From Blepharisma stoltei ATCC 30299 (Eukaryota; Protista; Ciliophora), in the NCBI GenBank assembly GCA_965603825.1, contig CBFDEM010000030.1, forward strand, positions 572,331 through 636,330: a stretch of 64,000 nucleotides of DNA, in the 5' to 3' direction. Position 1 is the stretch's first letter. Each line of letters opens with the position of its first letter. Positions 35,837 to 47,902 of this stretch are shown piece after piece. The notes beneath the pieces were generated by a model that had not been told where the DNA came from, made no database searches, and saw only the letters and a program-made list of their open reading frames with translations. The position numbers and the translations under genes are program-made.

Positions 35837-36784
35837 TTACCTCAAGTTAAATTGCCCTGTTTCAACGTTGAAATTTCTATGCAGCAATTTAATATAGTTT
35901 TCATCAATATCAACTGTTCTTGATCTCTCAATCAATTCTTCCCAGCCGATTTTTCCTTTTCCTCCATCCAGCAGCTCCAAAAAATGCTTCCACTCCCTCT
36001 GGCTCTGATGCGTAATTTTCAGAGGCCCCAAAATTTCAATTGAGTCCCTTGCCTGAAGAATTGTCTCTTCTAGGCATTTTAAAATCGCAATCACAAATCT
36101 ATATATAAAAGACCAGCCTTTCCTAAAAAACTGGTCAAGGATGTTGACCATCTCTCTTACAGGAACTACACTGCCAAACATCGTAAAAAGCCAGTCAGTT
36201 GCATACATTTCTGAGCTTATCCTATGCTCAGCAAACTGCCTGTGGACGTTTGGGAGTAAATCTAGGATGAGAAGCTGAATTATTTGACAGTGTTTTGATA
36301 GTCCTGGGAGTCTGGGCAAGAAAATATCCCGTAACTCGTATTCTTCCATGAGCCCAATGAAAAGTCAAAATGCATCAACTTCGCTGGAATGCCAAAGCAG
36401 AGCTGCAACAATAAAATTCATCCCTTGGACATAGCCAAGATAATGGTCGTACTTGCTGAAAGCATAGAGAACTCTTCGCAAAGCTGCCTGGCCTTTGGAG
36501 TTTTCTGAAAAATATTGTTCGTCAGGGTAGGTGCGAGCTAAGTCGAGCTCGATTTGTTTGGTGCTGTCTTTGTATTGCTGGGTTTCTAGAGGAGATTCTA
36601 AGAGTTCTTGGTAAATTTCTTCAGCATTTCTAGGAGGATTACATTTTAAAAGTCAAGTGGTAGCTCTATTGCATGATGTAGAGACACGAGATGGGACAAA
36701 CTGCCGATAGCTACGAGTGAAGAAACTTTTATCTTCTAAATTACAGTCGCATTGTATTTCATGGGTGTTGATAGAAACAGGCAT
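35837..36784 (-). CDS. TBC-domain Rab GTPase-activating protein, 315 aa
   Basis: QIELDLARTYP (R finger), GYVQGMNFI (Q finger), DAF(W)LF with TGA=Trp, YATDWLFTMF. Confidence 0.9.
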
Positions 36785-37436
36785 ACTCTTAGAGTTACGC
36801 CTTAGTGTGGAGAACTTTAAGATATTCAGCTTTTCGAAAATTAATTAACATAATTAACTTTAATTTCAACCTTTAAAAGTGGATGGAGGATTTCATTAAT
36901 TAGATAAAAGAAAGCAGGCTAAGTAGCAAAGATATCGTTGAGAAAAGAAGCCTTACTGAATCAATAACGTTGTGAATTTATTAAAATTCAAAATAAATGA
37001 AAAATGAATAAATAATTCAATTTATTTTCTAGTAAGCTAAATTAATAATAGGATAGATATATGATTATAACAATCTTGAAATAGAAATTAAGCTAGAAAT
37101 ATAAAGTAATAAATATAACCTTTTAGGATTCAAATAATTTTATTTTGAGTTCTAAATTAAACCTCAACACTTAAAACAGTATATAAAATAAAGCATCAAA
37201 AAAATGCAAAAATCAAAACCCAGAATTAATGAAAATATTGTGCAGATGCTTTACTAGTAATAAGCTTCTTTAAGTTTTCAGTTGATGACCACTTAAAATA
37301 AGCTATAAGCTTAAAAAAAATATTAAGTCTATGAAATATCTAAATTCTCGAAAAAACTCCGGCTAAGTTTCAGTAAAAAAACTAAATAGTAAAAATCCAA
37401 TTTCTGGCGTATAAAATATATTAAATTAAAGAGCTT

Positions 37437-38624
37437 ATGGCATCTATCAGATATTTACTTGAATCACGAGGAGGCGAGTCTTTCCCAAGAAGAAACCCCA
37501 AAACATCTTCCTCAGCTTCCAGAGTTTCTTTAAGAAACCTTGAAAACCCAAACTTAAGAGATTTGCAGAGACTTATCCGAGATTTTGACAGTAACTTACC
37601 TAAAAAATCCCCACAACTATCAAATACTATCCCCAAACAAATTTCAGAGACTTTATCACAGCCAATAAAAGACCCACCTAGAGACTCTTTAAAACAGCCA
37701 CCCAAAGACCGCCCAACAGAACTGGCAAAAGAAACAATAAATGAACCAATAAAAGACGATGGGAACAATTCGCAGTCTTTTGCTATAGAAGAAGACGTAA
37801 TTGGAGAAGCCTTGGACAAAGCAGAAATAGAGTACACTTCTATTGAGGACTGTCCTTTAAGCCGCGATGATTTGCCAATTGTAGGAGAAGCTGAGCATGC
37901 TGTTGGTTACTGCTTTTGCCACCATTGTACATGTGGCCAGCACCGTTGTCCAGGTCTTGACATTCGTGAAGACCTTGCATCCCGATCAATATGAACAACT
38001 TCATATCGTCAAAATTTTAAGTCAAAGCTCTCTGACGCTCCTCCAAACCCTAATTTCGCTCCCAGTAATGCGAGTTGCTATAAGCCATCCTATAAAGATT
38101 TGACCACTACCCAGCGAAATGACTTCAAGCCTCCTCCTCTCACGCCTCCAAAAATCGAGAAAAATCCGAGCACCCCACAATATCAGCTAAAACAGACAGC
38201 CCGAAGTTCTTATTCCCGAGATTTCCCTGACTGGAGATACGGGGCATTAATAAAAATCAAGCCTGATTCTTTACCTTACCGAGGCGGTATGTTGAGAGCT
38301 AACATTACGTCTACCTACACTGACTCTTTCAAACGTTTTGAAGAGCTTGATCAGCCTAAAAAGCGGACTTTTTCTACAAGCTGCTTAACTGAAAGGACAG
38401 GAAACGGCCCGATCAGTTTGCTGAATAATTTTTCAGGAGAGACTACATCAAGAAGCGAGTATAAAAATTTGATTTCGAAGTCAAAATACCTTAATAAGAA
38501 AATTGAAAACAAGCAAGACGCTTCTCCGCAGAACAGCGTCCCAAGAGTGCATTTTACAACGAGCTACCAAAGCGAGTTTAAATCGAAACTTCATCCTTTT
38601 GGATTGGCAAGACATAGGGCTTAA
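37437..38624 (+). CDS. SAXO/FAM154 (STOP-domain)-like microtubule-stabilising protein, 395 aa
   Basis: CFCHHCTCGQHRCP plus repeated Mn-like motifs (TTSYRQNF, TTTQRNDF, SSYSRDF, TSTYTDSF, TTSRSEY, TTSYQSEF); one TGA=Trp. Confidence 0.78.
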
Positions 38625-38727
38625 ATGTAGATTTAAATAGATTAATTTAATTTGAAAGCTTGCAAATAGACGCGCCTCGGTCGCTTGACAATGCATGCAT
38701 GATTTTCAGTCCGTCAATGCTTGTGAT

Positions 38728-39633
38728 TTTACTTTGATTTATTTTTCAAAATTTTAAAATTTCTGCTTTTGCTCGCCAAAAATCGAAAATTTGGTGGTCG
38801 ATTATGGTTTCTAAGGAAGGGTTTTGCTTGAGTTCTGATAAAATGACTTTTTCACCTTTAAAGAAATCGTGAGGAATTATTAGGTCTGAGTCGTAGTTTA
38901 GTAGCTGGAATATAGAAGCCTTTATTTTATTAAAATTGTTGATTTGGTCTGGGCTGCATGATAAGAGAGACGAGTTTATTCATTCTAAAATGCACTTAGC
39001 TTTGTATAGCTGAACTGCTTGAGCATCAGTATATCTAGGGCTTTCAATCAAAATAAGCTGATTAAAGCATTTAAGTGTGTCGTCATCTTGGATGATATTT
39101 TGCGCTTCTCTACAAACAACCCCAACCGCTTGTTGTCGACATACCTTTTTGTCAATCCCACAAATTGGGATTTTTTTTTTAAACTTATTCCTCAAATTCT
39201 CCAGAAAGCACATTTTAGCCTCTTCTTCAGTTTTATGGGCTTCAATTGTTTTTAAAATAGAGCTCTCAAACTTATTCTCATAAGCTGACTTAATGATTTT
39301 ATACTGTGACAGCATGTCCTCTTGAACAATTGCATCAATTTTGCCTTCCAAAGCCACAGTGCTATTTGTGTCAGCTTTTTTTTTGCTTTTAATTACTTTT
39401 CCATACCTTACTCACAGCTCTTTAGCCTCCAAAATTGCATAATCAGCCTTTTCTTCAATACTCAATGCTTTAGTCGGCTGATCTTTATTTTCAAATGGTT
39501 CACTTGCCAATGTCGCCCTAAACACGGAGCTCTCATAATTCGCATTGACAAATTTAAAGAAAAAGCACCTCATCAGCGCATGTCTAAAAAGTCCCAAAAG
39601 TGCTTCTACAAGCTCAATAAACTCTTTTTCCAT
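38728..39633 (-). CDS. Hypothetical protein, 301 aa
   Basis: Track ORFs 39412..39633 and 38980..39357 are in one frame; three TGAs; TAA at 38728-38730. Confidence 0.7.
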
Positions 39634-39671
39634 TTATCCCAAACCAATTTTAAATCATTCTCATAATTAAA

Positions 39672-40400
39672 ATGGTGGTAATATCTGCTGGCCTAGTCAC
39701 CAAGAACGGGAGAATTCTGCTTGCACGACAGTTTTTAGAGATTTCCAAAGGACACATTGAAGGACTGCTGAATTCATTTGTAAGGATGATTGATCCGAAT
39801 GTCCAACACACTTTCATTGAAAATGAGTCGGCTCGCTTCGTGTATCTCCCATTCGAAGACCTATACCTTGTCCTCACCACTTCTAAAGACAGCAATATCG
39901 TAGAAGACCTCGAGACCTTGCGTCTCCTGTCCAAAATAATCCAGCACTACTGTCCTTTTGGCTTAGACGAAGGCAATATCTTGAAAAACTCCTTCGAAAT
40001 CGTATGGGCATTTGACGACGTGATCTCCCAAGGCTACAGAGAAAGCATCACGCTAGCTCAGATGCTGACTTATTGTGAAATGGAAAGCGCTGAAGAAAAG
40101 CTGCATAAAGAAAAGCAAAAAGCACTGATGCAGGAAGCCAAAGAAGTCGCAAAAAGAAAACAGTCAGAGCTGGATAAGAAAAGAGCCGTAGAAGATAAAG
40201 AAAGGAAACGGGAAAGGAGAAGTGTCCAGGAAGAATCAGACTATATGACCAGACCAGACGTGCCAAATGTCCCGAGTCCTACTACAGTTTCGGTCACTGA
40301 AACTGTAAGCCAAATCAGTCCCCCTCAAGGTGCTTCTAAGAAGCCTGTCAAAGGTATGGTACTGGCGACGAAAGGCAAAAAAGGAAGAATTGATGCATAA
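39672..40400 (+). CDS. ARCN1: Coatomer subunit delta, short form (longin domain plus helix, no mu-homology domain)
   Basis: MVVISAGLVTKNGRILLARQF...QHTFIENESARFVYLP...SNIVEDLETLRLL...EMESAEEKL; ends in TAA at 242 aa. Confidence 0.9.
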   Translation: MVVISAGLVTKNGRILLARQFLEISKGHIEGLLNSFVRMIDPNVQHTFIENESARFVYLPFEDLYLVLTTSKDSNIVEDLETLRLLSKIIQHYCPFGLDEGNILKNSFEIVWAFDDVISQGYRESITLAQMLTYCEMESAEEKLHKEKQKALMQEAKEVAKRKQSELDKKRAVEDKERKRERRSVQEESDYMTRPDVPNVPSPTTVSVTETVSQISPPQGASKKPVKGMVLATKGKKGRIDA

Positions 40401-40441
40401 ATATAAGCTTTAAATTGAATATGTGTGCATTTAATTAAACA

Positions 40442-41686
40442 TTAGTTGTACTGTGAAACTAAGTCACGCAGCGGGGTTGCAGATCGGTTGCCTAGCAAGT
40501 AATTGAAAGGGGTTACAGGTCTTTCGACGTTTTGGATCATTTTGGATATGTCGACGATAGGAGAAGAAAGCCGGTTACTTTCTCCTGGAGATGTCATAGC
40601 ACAGCGAGATCTTTTGGCTGAGAGAAGCCGGATAGCTTGGCCATGGTCGCCGAGGACTGATTTTTTCATATCGTCTGAGGAGTAGCAAGATATGTTTTCA
40701 ATGTTGTTTAGTTTCTTTTCATAGTCAAGCAAAAATTGCTGCTGAGGGCCGAGGATTGAGCCTGGTCTGCAGATTCGGCACCATGCGATAAAATCTTCGG
40801 CAGGAAATCGGTATTTCTTTATTATATAGCAGCCGATTAAAGTACCAGTTCTGCCAAGGCCAGCTTTACAATGGACAGCAACAGCTCCAGACTCATCTTC
40901 TATAATCGCAATAAACCTATTCACGATTTCGTCTGAAGGACAGCTTCCGTCAAGGAAGAAAAGGTCATAATGCCGTATCCCAGCCGCCTTGAATTTTTCT
41001 TCTTCATAGGTTTTATTGTTAAGCCTGATTACGGCAGTCACATTCATATTATTGAATAAGTCGACAAAGTCCTCAGGCTTGTAACTGTACCAGTTTTCCT
41101 CAGTCGGAGAGTCTGTAGGACTGCCAAACGCCAAAAGTTTCCCTGGCAAAATCCAGTTCATGTCACCGTTTTCCACTTTTTCTCGGAATTCATAGAATTT
41201 GACGTCAAACCGATGAAAATTGAACCAATTCAGCTGCATTGCGAGTTCCAGGCCTCTTAAGCAGTGAAGGATTGTGCAGAAATAATAGCATGGCCCCATG
41301 CTAGCATCTCGAAAAGGAAGAAAATCAGGCTGAGAAGCAAAAGGCCTCCAGGCTTCACTTGCAGATTTCCGCAAGATAATGATTTGGAAAGCGCCCATCA
41401 AATAGGCTGCATTGGCACGTTTTTCATCTTTTACGCTGCTGTAATGATAAATTTTGTGATTAATGTACTTAGGGTCTTTTAATAATTTATCTAGCTGGTA
41501 GCAGAATCTGTAGGTCATTGCAAGGTTTAAAGGACCAAAGTCCTCACAAAAAGCTTCGTACTGGAGTTCCTACGTGAATATTACGCTGTCTACACACACG
41601 AAAAAGGAAAGTGGCTTGTTTCGAGGAGGGTAGCGGTCACTAATCCAGAATAGTCGATCTTTTATGATTTCAATTGGGTTGCTCAT
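40442..41686 (-). CDS. CDC14: Dual-specificity phosphatase CDC14 (one 15-nt intron), 409 aa
   Basis: EIIKDRLFW, DFGPLNLA, PFRDAS, VENGDMNWI, HCKAGLGRTG, CRPGSILGPQQ. Confidence 0.95.
41570..41584 (-). other. 15-nt intron GTAATATTCACGTAG
   Basis: GT-AG, A at -6; removal yields VDSELQYEAFCEDFGP; retention ends at TAG. Confidence 0.9.
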
Positions 41687-42068
41687 ATTGACAGATAATT
41701 TAAATAATTCCGTTAATTTTGAGTCTTGAAATTAATCCATAAAAAGATGGAAATTTATATGAATTTTTATAAGTAATACGATTTTCTTATAAACCACGAA
41801 ATTGATCAAATTTTAATAGCATATGATGCTTTATTATACTAAAGTTTTATTTAGTTTTTATTTTATATTAATACTTAGGCTAGCAAGTATAAAGAAAATT
41901 TAAATATTTTTGGCAGCAAAATAATGCATAAAGAAAAAAATTTGAAATATTACTTATTCAATTAAACTTTCATTAACATTTGTGCCCTGAAAGAAAGTCA
42001 AGATCATTTTTTCTTATACTCATAGCAATATTTTAGCTAATTTAAAGGATTATTAGAAAATAATAAAT

Positions 42069-43154
42069 ATGGAAGATTCAATAAGTACAAGTGATACATT
42101 CCTAGTTGATGACCGATCGGCTCGTGAGAGTCAAAATTACCAATTTCTGCATATAAGTCTCGATAGTTTGTTCTTTACAGCAGGCGACAATCTATCCGGA
42201 GATATTTTGCTCAATCTCTCATCCAGAAACTCCCCATCCTTAGTTTCCCTTAAAGTTCTTGGCATTGAGTCTGTTAAGGTAATAAAGCCAAACGGCCAAA
42301 CAGCTGAAGAACAAAAATGTATATTTAAAGTGGACTCCAAATTGCAGCAATGGGCTGAAAACACCCCAAGTGGGCAGTTCAGTTTTCCATTTACCTTTAA
42401 AACTCCTCAATTCTCTCCAGCGTCTTTCAGCTTTTCCTCAACAGACCCTGAAGGCAACCAGATCTTTGCAAAAGTAGAATACACAATAACCGCAGAATTT
42501 ATATCCCAAGACCAGATAATTATTTCTTCTCAGAAAGAAATAACTCTCCGTAACAAAAATAGTCGGCTGCCTATTAAAAAGACGGTAAGTGCCCACCAAG
42601 CGATAAAGTCATGCTTCTGCTTCTCTCAGGGGTACTCAACAATTACCCTGGCTAATGAAATGTCAGAACATTCCACAATTGGCCAGTTATCGAATTTTAA
42701 GATTGACCTTAAAGACAGCTTGCCAGTTTCGCCAATTAGTATGGTCGTGCAGGTGATTTTTGATATAAATTTAACGATTCCTGGGGACAAAGAGTATTTT
42801 TACTCCACTATTGTGACGAGGATTATGCCAAATATAAAACATGAAGGGATAAATATGGCTGGGCTCAGGTTTGAAGCAGATTTGGATAAAATTCTGTATG
42901 GAGACAACCCATGCAGCAATGATGGATCTTTGTTTAAAGCTGAATACAAAGCTCAAGTTTTTGTGCTTTATAATGTGGGCTGCAGGACAAAGAAGGTTCA
43001 GGCTGAGCTAGATCTACATGTGAACCCCAGGATTTATGAAGGGGAAGAATTAAGGCTCCCCAATAGATGGAGTCCGAGATTTGGACCTATCACCAATCTC
43101 ATCGTGGAGAACACGAAACTGATAAATGATGAGAAAAACTGGAAATCAGCTTAA
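42069..43154 (+). CDS. Arrestin-fold (arrestin_N) protein
   Basis: FTAGDNLSGDILLNL...LKVLGIE...GQFSFPFTFKTP...PASF...VEYTITA. Confidence 0.8.
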   Translation: MEDSISTSDTFLVDDRSARESQNYQFLHISLDSLFFTAGDNLSGDILLNLSSRNSPSLVSLKVLGIESVKVIKPNGQTAEEQKCIFKVDSKLQQWAENTPSGQFSFPFTFKTPQFSPASFSFSSTDPEGNQIFAKVEYTITAEFISQDQIIISSQKEITLRNKNSRLPIKKTVSAHQAIKSCFCFSQGYSTITLANEMSEHSTIGQLSNFKIDLKDSLPVSPISMVVQVIFDINLTIPGDKEYFYSTIVTRIMPNIKHEGINMAGLRFEADLDKILYGDNPCSNDGSLFKAEYKAQVFVLYNVGCRTKKVQAELDLHVNPRIYEGEELRLPNRWSPRFGPITNLIVENTKLINDEKNWKSA

Positions 43155-43288
43155 AATATTTAATATCATGAATTAATTATGCATATTTGCAAATTATTAT
43201 TAAATATTTTCAGGGTTTATTTATTAAGACTAAAAATTTTTGCTATAATACTAAAGCAATTTCCTAATTTTGTAATTTTAATTATAAA

Positions 43289-45244
43289 ATGTCACGTAGA
43301 ATGGGTTATAGATTCCTCACCCCACGGCGAGCCGAAGTTACACGACGAATAGGAGAATCTGCAGAAGGACCTTTTACCTCAAGTGAAAGCAACTATTCTG
43401 CCTTTAAAGTTGGTATAAAGCATGCGAAAAATGCTTTGAGTTCAGCTTGTTCAAGTTTTTGAAAATATATTTTTCCTCCCGCTCAAATCGGAGTAATTTC
43501 TCGAGATGCTTTTTCTAGTCTGAAGAAAATTCAGCCCATTTCTGAGTTCATTGAAGACAGCATTCCACAGCCAAAGCCTCTTCATATAGACACAGGGACT
43601 TTGCCCCCTACTCCAGGAAGATTTGAAATCAGCGATTCTGCTTTTAAAAGACCAATTGAAGAAATCACGCCTTATCAGACAAAAAGACTGAAAAAAGAAG
43701 AAAATATTGCTCCTAGTGTAGTGAATTCAGAAAAACCGTCCGTTGTGAATGAGCCTTTTAAACAAGCTGTGCCGGAAAATAAAATAAAAATTCCTCCGTG
43801 AAAGAAGATGCAAATTCGGGTAGGAGAAAGGCAGATAAAAAACTTTCCGGTAGTGAAAAGTGAGAATATTAAGCCAGTAAAAACTGAAGAAAATTTGCCT
43901 GTGCTTAAATTGGAAAATACAAAAACAGAAAAAGAAATCGCAAAGGTAGAAGAAATAGTCAAGAAAGAAGAGAAATCTAAGGCACCTGAAGTTTTAATAA
44001 TCAAAGAAGAATTTAAACCAGTTCCATTGCCAAGCATACAAGATGACAAGGAAAAGCCTTCAGAAGAAACAAGCCCAGAATCAGAAAGCCAAAAAATAAA
44101 AGAGCCGTTATCACCTACAATGAGTTTCGGCGACCAATCACAAAATCCAGACACACTTTCCCAAACACCTAAAAAACTAAATGACTCAAGCCAAAATTCA
44201 TTTTACATCAAAGAAAATAAAGAACTTGAAAAAATTGCTGAAGAAAAAACTGAAGATGTCGTCAAAACAGAGCGCTCAACCCCCAAATTTGACAAAGAAA
44301 TCAAAGACGATGAAACATCTAAAAAACTGGTCGAAAACGCTGTGAAATTTGATGTTCCTATTAAAATTGATCCTCTGATTAAAAACCCTTTTGAAGATGT
44401 AAGCAAAGAAAAGAATCCATTTATAAGTAAAACAATAGATGCAACAGTAAAGCCAAAGGAAAACGAAAAACCAACTGAAGCAGCTATGGTTGAAGAGCGT
44501 CATGAGCCTCCAAAATTCAACCCCCCTCCTGCTGTGTCAAATCCTTTTTTGTCATCGTCAACTTTAACTACAACACATAGCACAACCGACCAGGTAAAGC
44601 CATTATTTGTATTTGGTTCAAATCCCAGTTCTTCAACGACTCAAAATAACCCTATTCCTAACCCTTTTGGTCAGCCTCCAGCTTCTTCTCAAAATCCTTT
44701 TGCAACTGCAAATAATCCATTTTCAACATCAATACCCACAGCACCAATTCAATTTGGCCAGTCTATGCCCCCTGCTTCCTCATCAATTCCTAACCCCTTT
44801 GGAAGTTCAATAAATCCCCCATCAATATCAGCCCCAAACCCATTTGCAAGCTCTACCAATCCTCCTAGTATCTCTATGCCAAATAATCCATTTCAGCCTA
44901 CTTCTCAGTCTTCCACTATATCTCCTATAGCTTATCAGGTTCCTTCTCAGCCTCTAGCTGTATCGCCTTATCAGTCTTCCTTTGGAAACACCCAACCTCC
45001 TTTTCCTAGCACCCAATCAAATTTTAATCAAAATTTCCAGACTGGGAATAATATTCCAAATCGGCCCAATTTTCCTGCAAACACAAATTACGATATGGAT
45101 ATGGGAGGTAGCCGAGCTCCAGAAATTTCAAATCCTTTTGGAAATCAGCCGTTTCCTCAAAATTCCGCACCGATCCAAGGTACATTTAATATTGGTGCTT
45201 TGCCTAACAACAATAGGAAGATTTTGCGAGCAAAGCGTCCTTAA
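43289..45244 (+). CDS. Nup153/Nup1-like FG (NPF/PFG)-repeat nucleoporin, 651 aa
   Basis: ATG 43289; two TGA=Trp join the track ORFs. K/E-rich middle, S/N/P-rich NPF/FG repeats and C-terminal FNIG...RKILRAKRP typical of basket nucleoporins. Confidence 0.75.
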
Positions 45245-45354
45245 GTGTATGTAATTTAATTAACGGAGTCTAAATTATACCGATTGTTATAAATCCAATA
45301 TCTTTATTTAAGCCATATTTAGCTTCAACACTCAGTCTATCAGAATATAAATTA

Positions 45355-47190
45355 TTATTCAGATTTCACCTCTTCCCTGGTTTCTCTATTGTAAATTCCT
45401 GCCAAGCTATAAGTTGTCGCCACTAGTGTCATAATCATCTTAGGATTGACCTCAACGATGTCTTCCCAGGTGCAGAAAATGCTTGATCCGAGCTTTCTTG
45501 CGACTGACAAAATATATTTCGCGTTTTGTTCTCTGCCTTCTGGGTCTTCTCCAGGTGTTATTAAATCCCAGTTGATCGCTCTAGGCTCAATTGAGCTGAA
45601 AAGTTCAATTAGAAATCTTCCATTTGCTATTGACTTGTCCTTATATGAGGCAGCATGAGTATTGACTCTTGAATTGGCCCATTTCATCATAGATTCTTCA
45701 GTCATATTCCCAACCAGCTTCAAAGTGGCATGTCTTACCAGTTGCCAGACATACCCAAGAATCAGCTTCTTTTGTCCATCAGTGAAATCTGACCCTCCAA
45801 TCCCAATCAGTGTGAAATGTAAAGCTCGGCCAAGTTCAATTAAATAATTACAGTTCGCAATTTTCTTAAAGCGGTTGTTAGTCTTGAGCTCCACTTTTTT
45901 CCAGTTCACAAGGCCAGGCTCGATTTTGTCGATAACTTTAATAAGAACGAGACCATCTTTGACATCTTCGTAAAGATTGTTGACATAGAGTCCTTCAATG
46001 TTTAAAGAATTGATCCACATACGGAAAGCTCTTTCTTCTCTGGTGCCTTCTACGTCATCATTAATGAGTCCTGCTGCCTCATAAAGTTCTTGCTCAGTTG
46101 CATAGAGGCCTGGGTTGGTATTGAAAATGGCAGCTGCAAAAATGATGTTTAGCTTGGCGTTTCCACTGATAATGTCACGTGCGGATGTAAAAGTATCAAC
46201 TCCAAGCTTTCTTGAGTTAACTATTACTTTTTCAGCTCTGGACAACAAGTCGCCATCTTGTAAAGGAGACAAGTCACATTGAGCTGGATCAATCTGATGA
46301 AGCAGCAAGGTATAAGCTTCAGAGTCTTTGACGTCATTGCCAAAATTATTAATCCTTTTAGGAGAGCCTGAGTTTTTCAAATGGTAGTTAACCCATCTTA
46401 ACAGTATTACATCGGGTTGCAGTTTAAGCAAATCACTGAGCTCTTCGCCTTCTTCTACCAATTTTACAAGCTCTGGATGTGCTTTTAAGTTGATTGGGCT
46501 CAAAGTAAGGATTTTAATAATCTGCCAGACTAATCCTAGCACTAAATGCTCCTTTTTCTCCATGATGGACTCAGGGAAAATCGAGACCACAGTGCAGCCG
46601 ATCGACTTCGCAGCGTTAATGGCCAAGTTCAAGTTTTCTTTGATCTGGAAGACATTCAGATTCTGCCTCACATTGATGGCCCTTTCAAAAATAGTCCCTG
46701 GAACTGCAGCATTAATAAGCTTGCAAAGCAAAATACCAGTCGCGCAGTGGTCAAAGAGGTCGTTATTATCAGGGTTCAGCGGAAGAATGCTGGCCAAGTC
46801 AGCGTCGTTTCTGAGGTGGTGGTTGACCACGTTCACGAATGCAGACTTCTCATCAGCTGAGTAGGAATGGTAGCCTACATTACCTTGCATCACGTTGGTG
46901 ACTTTTCCTGCGTTGTGGATCAGCTTCTGTCTGACTTCGTCAGACACCCCAACTCCTTTGAAAATGTTGACAAAGGACTCAAAGTCAATTTTGTCGCTTT
47001 TGTGCTCTTCTACTTTAGTAAGAATTTTCTGGGCTTCGGCTGGGATCTCAATTGAGCTGACAGCTTCAGTGATGGCTTCTTTGTCAATTCTGCCAGTGTT
47101 CTGAGGATCGTATGCGGAGAAAAGAGTTTGAAATCCTTGTAAACCTGCAGGAACTGCACCTGCCTTTTGTTGAGGCTCTGAACCTTCCAT
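45355..47190 (-). CDS. Fimbrin/plastin (EF hands plus four CH domains)
   Basis: GILLCKLIN...PGTI, ENLNLAINAAKSIGC, LLRWVNYHL, REERAFRMWINSL, NAKYILSVARKLG. Confidence 0.96.
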   Translation of the reverse strand: MEGSEPQQKAGAVPAGLQGFQTLFSAYDPQNTGRIDKEAITEAVSSIEIPAEAQKILTKVEEHKSDKIDFESFVNIFKGVGVSDEVRQKLIHNAGKVTNVMQGNVGYHSYSADEKSAFVNVVNHHLRNDADLASILPLNPDNNDLFDHCATGILLCKLINAAVPGTIFERAINVRQNLNVFQIKENLNLAINAAKSIGCTVVSIFPESIMEKKEHLVLGLVWQIIKILTLSPINLKAHPELVKLVEEGEELSDLLKLQPDVILLRWVNYHLKNSGSPKRINNFGNDVKDSEAYTLLLHQIDPAQCDLSPLQDGDLLSRAEKVIVNSRKLGVDTFTSARDIISGNAKLNIIFAAAIFNTNPGLYATEQELYEAAGLINDDVEGTREERAFRMWINSLNIEGLYVNNLYEDVKDGLVLIKVIDKIEPGLVNWKKVELKTNNRFKKIANCNYLIELGRALHFTLIGIGGSDFTDGQKKLILGYVWQLVRHATLKLVGNMTEESMMKWANSRVNTHAASYKDKSIANGRFLIELFSSIEPRAINWDLITPGEDPEGREQNAKYILSVARKLGSSIFCTWEDIVEVNPKMIMTLVATTYSLAGIYNRETREEVKSE

Positions 47191-47710
47191 TTATTCGACA
47201 AGATAGCAGATTTTAGAAGCTAAAATGTAGGCTCAGAGTTGATTTTTTTGGGAAGAGGTGTGGGGAAGAATGGAGAAAAAATTAAAGATTATTATGTGGA
47301 AGGAAAGAAACTATAAAATTTTAATGTCAAAGACTTGGAAATTAGAGTGAATACGAATAATCAGGAGAGACGCAGGAAGGAGATAATTAATAATCTGCAA
47401 AGCTATGGAATCTGCAAGACGATTGACGTTTGGCGATTAAAATATTGATGGAATTGCCAAGTCTAAATGATCCTAATCTCAAAAATCAGGGAATAAGAAA
47501 AAAGCAATTCCTCCTCAGTTATAGTAAAGCATTGAAAATTCAATATCTAAATTATTTACATTCAAAGATTGATTTCGCCACCCATCCAGCACTACTTAGG
47601 AGTGCATTATTACCCTTTTAATTCTCGAGGGGTTGTTAGAATTTTTGCAAGGAGTTATATGGGTTTAAGGTAAATTAATAACAATTTACTAAATTATATA
47701 GATTGCAGCA

Positions 47711-47902
47711 CTAAGGGTTTGTAGGATTTGTATTGACCCTTTGGGAATGAATTACACTTAAGTCTTCTATTAGAATTTCTCCCTGTTTGTCGTCTTTGAT
47801 CGAAATGACTCCAGGTGCAAGTTTATTGACGCTATGCTCTGCACATGGCAGCTCTGAATCTTCAGACTTTTTTGCCTTGTTTTTAGTCACTCCGCATCCC
47901 AT
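47711..47902 (-). CDS. Small predicted N-acylated protein, 63 aa
   Basis: MGCGVTK start; ends in TAG. Confidence 0.55.
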   Translation of the reverse strand: MGCGVTKNKAKKSEDSELPCAEHSVNKLAPGVISIKDDKQGEILIEDLSVIHSQRVNTNPTNP

